Origin: Salinicola corii
GTDB lineage: Bacteria; Pseudomonadota; Gammaproteobacteria; Pseudomonadales; Halomonadaceae
Direction: 5' to 3'
Length of the DNA stretch: 32,000 bases
Assembly (NCBI RefSeq): GCF_008298015.1
Contig: NZ_VTPX01000003.1
Location: 36,290 to 68,289, forward strand
Shown in pieces: positions 1 through 7,300 of the stretch; position 1 is the first letter of the stretch, and each line of letters starts with the position of its first letter. The notes below the pieces were generated by a model. The model was not told where the DNA came from. It did not search any database and saw only the letters and a program-made list of their open reading frames with translations. The translations under genes were made by a program, and so were the position numbers.

Positions 1-513
1 CGCGAGCTGGATGCGCGCAAGCTGCTGGCGGTGCTGATCCGCGCCGGGCGTTCCACCGCCCTGGTGATGTTCCTGGTCGGCGCGGCGATGGTCGCTTCCT
101 GGGTGATCACCATCGCCCAGTTGCCGCAGCAACTCGCCGGACTGCTGGGGCCGTTGGCGGACGATCCGAAGCTGTTGATGGCGGCGATCATGGTGGTGGT
201 GCTGCTGGTCGGGATGGTGATGGATCTCGCGCCCGCCATCCTGATCCTGGTGCCGCTGTTCATGCCGCTAGTGAAGGCGGCGGGCATCGATCCGATTTAC
301 TTCGGCCTGATGTTCGTCATCAACTGCTGCATCGGGTTGATCACACCGCCCGTGGGCACGGTACTCAACGTGGTCTGTGGCGTCGGCAACACCACCATGA
401 CCAACGCGGTGCGGGGCGTCTATCCCTTCGTTCTGGTGTACATCGGTCTGCTGGTGCTGTTCGTGCTGGTGCCGCAGATCATCACGGTGCCGATGCATTG
501 GCTGATCGGCTAG
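1..513 (+). CDS. TRAP transporter large permease subunit (DctM family), C-terminal part; 5' end lies outside the window
   Basis: Frame 1 is open from base 1 (RELDARKLLAVLIRAG...) to TAG at 511-513. The product is almost entirely hydrophobic helices with DctM-type C-terminal motifs (GIDPIYFG, LITPPVGTVLNV). A DctP-type binding-protein gene follows 47 nt later. Confidence 0.85.
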   Translation, partial: RELDARKLLAVLIRAGRSTALVMFLVGAAMVASWVITIAQLPQQLAGLLGPLADDPKLLMAAIMVVVLLVGMVMDLAPAILILVPLFMPLVKAAGIDPIYFGLMFVINCCIGLITPPVGTVLNVVCGVGNTTMTNAVRGVYPFVLVYIGLLVLFVLVPQIITVPMHWLIG

Positions 514-560
514 CGCCTGTAAAAGCTGCAGCGCTGCACAACAAGGCAAGGAGAGGTGTC

Positions 561-1550
561 ATGAACAAGATCATCAAGGCAACCACCGCCACGCTGTTCG
601 GGCTGGCGCTCGTGTCGAGTTCCGCCATGGCCGCGACGACGTTGCGTTTCGCGCATCCGGCGCCGCAGAGCGATCTGCAGCAGACCCTGGCGGAGAAGTT
701 CAAGGAGGAGGTGGAAAGCGCCAGCAATGGCGAGCTGAAGGTGCAGATCTTTCCCAACGGCCAGTTGGGCAACGACTCCCAGATGATCGACGGTACCCGC
801 TCGGGCATCATCGACATCACCCTATCGGGTCTCAACAACTTCACTGGACTGGTGCCCGAGGCCGCCGCCTTCACGCTGCCATTCATGTTCGCCGACCACC
901 AGGCCGCCTTCAATGCCCTCGATGGCGAGCCGGGGGATCGGGTCATGAGCGAACTCGAGAGTGCCGGCCTCAAGGGCCTCGCGTTTCCCGAGAACGGTTT
1001 CCGGGAGATGACCAATAACCGGGGGCCGATCCGCGAGCCCAAGGATCTGGAAGGGCTGCGCATGCGGGTCAACAACTCCATCGTGCTCAACAATATGTTC
1101 GAGCTGCTGGGCGCCAATCCGCAGCAGATCCAGGTCAACGAGCTCTACACTGCCATGGAGACCGGCGTGGTCAACGCCCAGGACCACCCGCTGGGTATCG
1201 TGGTGTCGTTCAATTTCGACGAGGTGCAGCAGTATCTGTCGATGACCAATCACGCCTACGCGGCACTGTTGCTGGCCATGAACAGGAACCGGTTCGACAG
1301 CCTGACGCCCGAGCAGCAGCAGATCGTGCAGAAGGCCGCCGACGACGCCACCGCCATGCAGCGACAGATGAACATCGACCAGACCGAGCAGATGATCTCG
1401 CAGCTCGAGGACGATGGCATGGAGGTCAATCGCGGCGTCGACACCGCCGCCTTCCAGGAAGCGGTGCAGCCGGTCTGGCAGGACTTCATCGATGAATACG
1501 GCGAGGAGCTGATCGACAGCATTCAACGGGCGGCGGGGCAGCAGAGCTGA
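561..1550 (+). CDS. TRAP transporter substrate-binding protein (DctP family)
   Basis: ATG at 561 is preceded by AAGGAGAGG (548-556). N-terminus MNKIIKATTATLFGLALVSSSAMAATT is a signal peptide with an AMA cleavage motif. The body matches the DctP fold by eye (LRFAHPAPQSD, FPENGFREMTNN, NAQDHPL). The listed ORF start at 498 is an upstream extension without an RBS. Confidence 0.9.
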   Translation: MNKIIKATTATLFGLALVSSSAMAATTLRFAHPAPQSDLQQTLAEKFKEEVESASNGELKVQIFPNGQLGNDSQMIDGTRSGIIDITLSGLNNFTGLVPEAAAFTLPFMFADHQAAFNALDGEPGDRVMSELESAGLKGLAFPENGFREMTNNRGPIREPKDLEGLRMRVNNSIVLNNMFELLGANPQQIQVNELYTAMETGVVNAQDHPLGIVVSFNFDEVQQYLSMTNHAYAALLLAMNRNRFDSLTPEQQQIVQKAADDATAMQRQMNIDQTEQMISQLEDDGMEVNRGVDTAAFQEAVQPVWQDFIDEYGEELIDSIQRAAGQQS

Positions 1551-1680
1551 ACGGTAGCGCGGATGCGGGAGGTCTCGATTCGGTCGCGCGAGCTCGCTCC
1601 CGCGAATATGATTGGGCCGGCTGGAAGAGAGGCCGGGGCTGTCGAATCCGGTTTGGCATTTAAGATAATCGCCGAACGTC

Positions 1681-1716
1681 TTGACGTACGTACCTAAAAG
1701 CGTACGCTATGGATAT
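1681..1716 (+). promoter_or_regulatory. Putative promoter/operator of TA module 1 (GTAC-core palindromes)
   Basis: TTGACG (1681-1686), then 16 nt, then TACGCT (1703-1708), a sigma70-like pair. It is overlapped by the perfect palindromes ACGTACGT (1684-1691) and GCGTACGC (1700-1707), about 30 nt upstream of the antitoxin ATG. Function is inferred by analogy with autoregulated type II TA operators. Confidence 0.35.
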
Positions 1717-1736
1717 CGAAGTGCAAGGAGTGCGTT

Positions 1737-1979
1737 ATGACAGGAATTACGGCAACTGAGGCGCGTGGTAACCTCTATCGTTTGATCGATGAAACCGCTG
1801 AGTCTCACCAACCCATCGTCATCATGGGTAAACGGAACAGGGCGGTTCTGGTATCGGAGGAAGACTGGGCCGCCATTCAGGAAACGCTTTACCTACTCTC
1901 TGTACCGGGTATGCGTGAGTCTATTCGTGAGGGGATGGAGACCCCGGTCGATGAGTGCTCCGAGGGGCTCGACTGGTGA
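1737..1979 (+). CDS. Type II antitoxin, Phd/YefM family (module 1)
   Basis: 80 aa. The N-terminal ITATEARGNLYRLIDETAESHQPIVIMGKRNRAVLVSEEDWAAIQETLYLLS is the typical Phd/YefM fold signature. AAGGAG lies 7 nt upstream of the ATG. The stop overlaps the toxin start (GTGA at 1976-1979). Confidence 0.9.
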   Translation: MTGITATEARGNLYRLIDETAESHQPIVIMGKRNRAVLVSEEDWAAIQETLYLLSVPGMRESIREGMETPVDECSEGLDW

Positions 1980-2239
1980 CGTGGAAGCTGGTCTACGCCA
2001 GGCAAGCCCAGAAAGATGCTCGGAAGTTGGCCTCCAGCGGCCTGAAGCCCAAGGCCCAGGAGCTGCTGGCGTTGCTGTCGGAAGATTCGTATCGGAAGCC
2101 GCCTCCGTTCGAGAAGCTGATCGGCGATCTCGCGGGTGCCTATTCGCGCCGAATCAATATCCAGCACCGTCTGGTTTATCAGGTGCTCGATGAAGAGCGG
2201 GTCGTGAAAGTGCTTCGCCTCTGGAGCCATTACGAGTAA
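1976..2239 (+). CDS. Type II toxin, Txe/YoeB (RelE superfamily) family (module 1)
   Basis: GTG at 1976 overlaps the antitoxin TGA by 4 nt, the classic TA coupling. The C-terminal YSRRINIQHRLVYQVLDEERVVKVLRLWSHYE aligns by eye with the YoeB catalytic C-terminus (WSRRI..EHRLVY....HY). The ORF-track start at 1955 would lie inside the antitoxin gene. Confidence 0.85.
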   Translation: MTWKLVYARQAQKDARKLASSGLKPKAQELLALLSEDSYRKPPPFEKLIGDLAGAYSRRINIQHRLVYQVLDEERVVKVLRLWSHYE

Positions 2240-2318
2240 CGCAACGCACCTGGCATCGCTTCTTCGACCTGTTTCGCGTTCATCTCGTCCTGGGTCTTGA
2301 ATGCCTCCCAGCACGCAA

Positions 2319-2351
2319 ACGGCCTTGTCACTCTTCAGGTGGCAAGGCCGT
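2319..2351 (+). terminator. Possible terminator hairpin after TA module 1
   Basis: Perfect 9-bp inverted repeat ACGGCCTTG (2319-2327) / CAAGGCCGT (2343-2351) with a 15-nt loop, 80 nt after the toxin stop. Only a weak T-containing tail follows (ATTCAT). Confidence 0.35.
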
Positions 2352-2436
2352 ATTCATGATGCTGGCTCACGCGCCGTCTTGAAACCGCAAGGCGGCGGAA
2401 ACTCGGTCGCTGCGCAGCCGATTGCTGAATCCGATA

Positions 2437-2474
2437 TTGTACGCTATCCTGTACATGGTACAATATCCTGTACA
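2437..2474 (+). promoter_or_regulatory. yefM-yoeB promoter/operator (TGTACA repeats)
   Basis: TTGTAC (2437-2442), 16 nt, TACAAT (2459-2464), a sigma70-like pair. Four GTAC cores sit at 2439, 2451, 2458 and 2470, giving 12-7-12 spacing. An 11-bp direct repeat TATCCTGTACA occurs at 2445-2455 and 2464-2474. The E. coli yefM-yoeB operator palindromes have a TGTACA core. Confidence 0.6.
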
Positions 2475-2485
2475 GGAGTAGTCTC

Positions 2486-2737
2486 ATGGATGCCATTAGC
2501 TATACAGCCGCCAGAACCAACCTGGCAAAAACCATGGAGCAGGTCTGTGAAGACCATTCACCGGTCATCATCACCCGAAGCAAGTCGCAGTCCGTAGTCA
2601 TGATCTCTCTTGACGACTATGAGGCGTTGCAAGAAACCGCTTATCTCCTGCGCGCACCGAAGAACGCCCGTCGCCTGTTGGAATCCGTCGCCGAGCTGGA
2701 GTGCGGCGGCGGCCAGGAAAAGGAACTTCTTGAATGA
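2486..2737 (+). CDS. yefM: Antitoxin YefM (module 2)
   Basis: 83 aa, colinear by eye with E. coli YefM (ISYTAARTNLAKTMEQVCEDHSPVIITR...LDDYEALQETAYLLRAPKNARRLLESV). AGGAG lies 7 nt upstream. ATGA overlap with the next gene at 2734-2737. Confidence 0.95.
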   Translation: MDAISYTAARTNLAKTMEQVCEDHSPVIITRSKSQSVVMISLDDYEALQETAYLLRAPKNARRLLESVAELECGGGQEKELLE

Positions 2738-2988
2738 AACTTATCTTCTCCGAGAACGCTTGGGAAGATTATCTGTACTGGCAGAAAACCGACAAGAAGC
2801 TCGTTATCCGAATCAACAAGTTAATCCAGGAGACGAAACGAGAGCCATTCGAGGGTGTTGGCAAACCGGAACCCCTCAAACACAGTCTCGCTGGTTATTG
2901 GTCTCGCCGAATCAACGACGAGCACCGCATGGTCTACAAGGTCATGGAGGACGCCTTGCTTCTTGCCCAGCTTCGGTACCACTACTGA
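2734..2988 (+). CDS. yoeB: Toxin YoeB (ribosome-dependent mRNA interferase, module 2)
   Basis: 84 aa, colinear by eye with E. coli YoeB (MKLIFSENAWEDYLYWQKTDKK...PFEGVGKPEPLKHSLAGYWSRRINDEHRMVYKV...LRYHY). Confidence 0.95.
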   Translation: MKLIFSENAWEDYLYWQKTDKKLVIRINKLIQETKREPFEGVGKPEPLKHSLAGYWSRRINDEHRMVYKVMEDALLLAQLRYHY

Positions 2989-2993
2989 CGGCT

Positions 2994-3052
2994 TGTTCAC
3001 ACTATCCATGCAGCCGCGATGGAGCCGGTTTTTCGTGAGGCTAGTGTGAACA
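2994..3052. repeat. Perfect 11-bp inverted repeat in the convergent yoeB / AOS intergenic region
   Basis: TGTTCACACTA (2994-3004) and its exact reverse complement TAGTGTGAACA (3042-3052), separated by 37 nt that contain a T5 run (3029-3033). It sits 6 nt after the yoeB stop and 9 nt after the AOS stop. Possible bidirectional terminator or recombination/boundary site. Confidence 0.5.
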
Positions 3053-3060
3053 GTCCCTGG

Positions 3061-4383
3061 TTAGTTGGCCCGCGCCTTCCACTCCGTTGCCAGTACGTCG
3101 AGGGTCTGGTCGATCTGTTCGCGGGTATGGTCGCAGTTGAGGAAGAATCGTAGCCTCGCGCTCTTCTCGGGCACCGCCGGGTGCAGGATCGGCTGCACGT
3201 TGATGTCGTGCTTGAGCAGGGCATCCGATAGCCCGGCGGCGAGCACGGAACTGCCGACGATGATCGGCACGACGGCGACGCCGATGCTCTCGCCGATGTC
3301 GAAGCCTTTGAGCCTGGCCTGCTCGAGGAAGTAGCGCGAGATGTCGTGCAGCCGCTTCAACCGTTCGGGTTCGTCCTTCATCAGCTGGAGTGCGGCGAGG
3401 GATGGCCCGGCGACCTGGGCAGGCATTCCAACGCTATAGAGGAAACCCGGCGCGAAGTAGCGCAGCATCTCCACCAGCTCCCGGCAGCCGGCGATGTAGC
3501 CACCACAGCCGGAAAGCGTCTTGGATAGGGTGCCCATCCAGATATCGACATCACCGGATGGCACGTCACAGTATTCCCGCAGGCCCAGCCCCCGATCGCC
3601 CATCACCGCAAAGGAGTGAGCCTCGTCCACCATCAGCCAGGCCTGGTGGCGCTGCTTGATCTCGACGAAGCGCTTCAGATCCGGAGCGTCGCCATCCATG
3701 CTGTAGAGCCCTTCGATCACTACCACCACGCGCTCGAACTGGCGACGATGACGCCCCAGTAGGGCCTCGAGCGCGGCCGGATCGTTGTGCGCGAAGCTCA
3801 TGCGCCGTGCACCGGATAGCTGCGTGCCGACTACCGTGCTGTTGTGGATGTACTCGTCGTGGAGGAGAAGATCCTTGGGGCCGAGCAGGTAACCCAGCGT
3901 CGAGACGTTGGTAGCATGGCCGCTAACGAAGACCACGGCATCCTCGACAGCGTAAGTGTCGGCGATCGCCCGCTCCAGTTCATGGTGGATCGGACGTTCA
4001 CCGGAAACCGGGCGGCTGGCGGAAACCGAACTGCCGTAGCGTTCCAGGGCCTCGATACCGGCCTGGATTACCTTGGGATGATGCGCCAGACCCAGGTAGT
4101 TGTAGCTGGCGAAATTGATGCACTCCCGTCCGCCAATCACCGTGGTCGCGCCGGCGGTGCTTTCATGGACCTTGAAGAACGGATCGGGGATACCTAGCCG
4201 CTTGCCACCTTCACGCATCATCTTGAGCTGCTGATAGCCCGGATGGCGGTCGAAGCGGGTAAAGCGCTCGTCGACGCTGCTGGCGGCAGGCTTGGGGGCG
4301 GTATCTCCCTCCGGCCGTTGCTGGCGGCGCTGGCGTGCTTCCTGCAGCAGGCGCTGCTTGAGGGCGTCGCGGGGCTGGCTCAT
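3061..4383 (-). CDS. Alpha-oxoamine synthase family PLP enzyme (serine palmitoyltransferase / AONS / KBL-like), last gene of the PKS operon
   Basis: 440 aa with the family motifs ASYNYLGL, SGHATN, YSMDGD, VDEAHS and GTLSKTLSGCGGYIAG (PLP lysine). Carries a roughly 60-aa basic N-terminal extension. Its ATG overlaps the PKS stop (ATGA, 4380-4383). Confidence 0.88.
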   Translation of the reverse strand: MSQPRDALKQRLLQEARQRRQQRPEGDTAPKPAASSVDERFTRFDRHPGYQQLKMMREGGKRLGIPDPFFKVHESTAGATTVIGGRECINFASYNYLGLAHHPKVIQAGIEALERYGSSVSASRPVSGERPIHHELERAIADTYAVEDAVVFVSGHATNVSTLGYLLGPKDLLLHDEYIHNSTVVGTQLSGARRMSFAHNDPAALEALLGRHRRQFERVVVVIEGLYSMDGDAPDLKRFVEIKQRHQAWLMVDEAHSFAVMGDRGLGLREYCDVPSGDVDIWMGTLSKTLSGCGGYIAGCRELVEMLRYFAPGFLYSVGMPAQVAGPSLAALQLMKDEPERLKRLHDISRYFLEQARLKGFDIGESIGVAVVPIIVGSSVLAAGLSDALLKHDINVQPILHPAVPEKSARLRFFLNCDHTREQIDQTLDVLATEWKARAN

Positions 4384-7300
4384 GATTCGCCTCTCTCGGT
4401 CCCGCTATCGTCCCGAGACTCGGCGCCATTCTGAAGCGCGTCGACGCCGTGCTGGGCGGCAAGGCCGCTGAGTGCATCCTCGTCGCTGTCGGTCTCGGTA
4501 TCGTCGCCACGCAGCTTGAGCATCAGGTAGTCGCACAGCTTGGCCAGCGTGTCGGCCTCGCTAAGCACCATCACCGGCACCTGAATGCCCAGACGGGCTT
4601 CCAGTGCCGTGACAAGCTCGACGCCCATCAGCGAGTCGAAGCCCATGTCGTAGACGGACTTGTGGATATCGATCTTCTCCTCGTCGATCAGCAGAATCTT
4701 GGCGAGTTCCTTGCCGAGAACTTCGGTCAGAGTGGTGTGGAGCGCTTCGGGTGACAGGCTGGCCAGCAGTTTTTGCAGGTCATCGTCACCTTCCTGACCG
4801 CCGTCATCCTCGGCAGTACGGGCGATTTCGCGGTAGCGTGGCGCTTCCGCCGTGGGCAGGAAGCGTGCCAGCGCTCGCCAGTCGAGTTCCAGCACGCCGA
4901 GCGAGGCGACATCGGCCACCAGCATCTGCTCGAGTACGGCCAGCGCGTCGCTGGAGGCCAATGCCTGGCCGCCGAGGCGTTCCTGCAGGCTGTCGCGGGT
5001 CTGGGTATTGCGCGCCAGAAAGCCGACATCCTCGATTGCACCCCAGCGGACCACCGTCGCCGGGCGACCGTTGGCGCGACGGTTGGCGGTGAACGCCTCC
5101 AGCCAGTGGTTGGCGGCCACGTAGCTGGCCTGACCGGGGTTGCCGAACAAGGTGGTGGCAGAGGAGTAGACAACGAAGAAGTCGAGTGCATCGTTCGCCG
5201 TCAGCGAGTCCAGGTGACGAGCGCCCTCTAGCTTCGGTGCCATCGCCTGGCGGATGCGTGCTGCGTCGAGATTGCGGATCAGACCGTCGTCGATGACGGT
5301 GGCGGCATGTACGATGCCGCGAATCGGGCCGAGGCTCTCACGCGCTTCGTCCAGCACCCGCTCTAGCGCCTTGGCGTCGGTCACGTCACAGGCGCGGGCA
5401 GCGACCGTCACGCCGAGAGCTTCCAGCCGCTCGATGCTGGCCTCGGCTGCCTCGGTGACAGCACCGCGGCGGCTCAATAGCAGCAGCTGGCGCGCGCCTT
5501 TGGCGGCCAGCCATTCGGCGCTCGCAAGGCCGAAGCCGCCGAGTCCGCCGGTCACCACGTAGGTGCCCGTCGCGTCCAGCATCAGCGGAATATCCCTGGC
5601 GGGCGCGGGCGCCATTGTCGGCGGTCGCTCGTAGGTGACGACGACTTTGCCGATCTGGCGCGCCTGTTGCATGTAGCGGAAGGCCTCGACCACGCGATCG
5701 CTGCCGAACGCGATGTATGGCAGCGGGGCGAGCGTGCCGTCGGCGAACAGGGTCATCATCTCGCTGAACAGTTCGCCGGTGAGATCTGGAAGTTCGCTCA
5801 TGAGCTGGTCGGAATCGACCCCGAAGTAGCTCAGATTGTTGCGGAACGGGCGCAGGCCGACCTTGGTGTTCTCGTAGAAGTCGCGCTTGCCGAGTTCAAT
5901 GAAGCGGCCGAACGGCTTGAGTACCCGCAGGTTCTGGTTGATCGCCTCGCCGGCCAGCGAGTTGAGCACCACGTCGACACCATCGATGCCGATGCGCTGA
6001 CCGTTGCCGCCGTCTCTCGATGCCTGACGTTCGACCGCGTTGTCATGGAGGATCTCCTCGGCGAAGGTCAGGCTGCGCGAGTCGTAAATGCGATCAACGC
6101 CCGTCAGACGCAAGAAGTCCTGCTTCTCCGGCGAGCCGACGGTGGCGTAGATCTCGGCTCCCAGCCAGCGTCCGACCTGGATTGCGGCCAGGCCGACGCC
6201 GCCGGCCGCGCCATGGATCAGCAGCCGCTCGCCGGGCTGCACGCGGGCCAAATGCTTGAGCGAGTAGTAGACGGTGAAGAAGGTCGTCGGGATCGTCGCA
6301 GCGGCGGCGTAGCCGATCTCCGCGGGAATCGGCGCCACGGCGTTGACGTCGGCGATCAGGCGATCGCTGAAACTCGCGGGGCCGAAGCCGACCACGGCAT
6401 CGCCCGGGCGCAGCGACCCGTTTGGATCGCCGACGCTGACGACTTCTCCGGCAAACTCCAGGCCCAGCGTCGGTCCGGCAAAGCCGTTCTCGATCGCCTC
6501 GTCGGAGAGCAGGCCGAGCGCATACATGACATCGCGGAAGTTGAGGCCGGTGGCCTTGACCGCGATCTCGACCTGGCCGGGCTGCGGCGCGGGCAGGTCG
6601 TGCGGCCGCCAGCGCAGATGACGCAGCTGCCCCGGCAACTCGAAGCCCAGGCTGACAGCGCGATCGTGTCCGGGCCGCTCCTCGCTGGGCCGGGTGCCCG
6701 GCGCCGGTGCCAGGGCCAGGCGGGGCACCCAGCGCTGGCCTCCGGCGTCGAGCACGACCTCGGTTTCCGCATCCGGCATGCTGAGTTCGAACAACACGGC
6801 ATCCAGCAGCTCGCTCGACAGCGAGTCCCGACTCGACAGCGGCAGATCCAGTAGCCGAACCTGTCGGTTACCGGCCTCGTTCTGCAGCGATCGGCCGAAG
6901 CCCCACAAGGCTGCGTCTTCAGCTAGCTTGGAAATACCGGACTGCCCGGATGATTCAGGCCGCGAAACCGGGTCGGCTGCGGCCTCGGGCAGTATGAAAA
7001 AGTGGGCTCCCACGCCGAGTGTGAGCCACCACAGCGCGGCGTCGCTCTCCATCGACTCCAGCGTCTGCAGCCACTGGGCGGCCAGCACGCAGCGATCGTC
7101 GGCCGCGCTTGCCAGGCCACGCAGATCGACGATCTGACTCGGGGTGAAGGACTCCAGCGCCAGCGGCAGCAGTTCGCCAGGCATCAGCTCGCTGCCGGCC
7201 AGGTGGTGGACGGCCTGGCCCAGTGTCTTGAAGCGGGAGACGAGCTTGGAGGCCAGCCATTGAGAGCTGTCGTCGCTGACCACCAGCCACTGCTCGGTAT

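Noticed and set aside
268-1526. Minus-strand ORFs antisense to dctM/dctP (268-549, 482-1138, 822-1526, 1256-1522).
   Set aside because: They overlap well-supported TRAP genes, have no RBS or motifs, and have odd composition. Antisense artefacts.
1-1550. Gene order dctM followed by dctP, rather than the textbook dctPQM.
   Set aside because: TRAP loci vary in order and the window does not show the upstream genes. Not informative on its own.
1565-1603. GCGGGAG / CTCCCGC 7-bp inverted repeat after the dctP stop as a terminator.
   Set aside because: It has a 25-nt loop and no T-tract, which is too weak to call.
1789-3224. ORFs 1789-2193, 1889-2314, 2301-2597, 2610-3038, 2821-3009, 2855-3049 and 2997-3224 overlapping the TA modules or intergenic DNA.
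   Set aside because: They are out of frame with four strongly supported TA genes. No motifs and no RBS.
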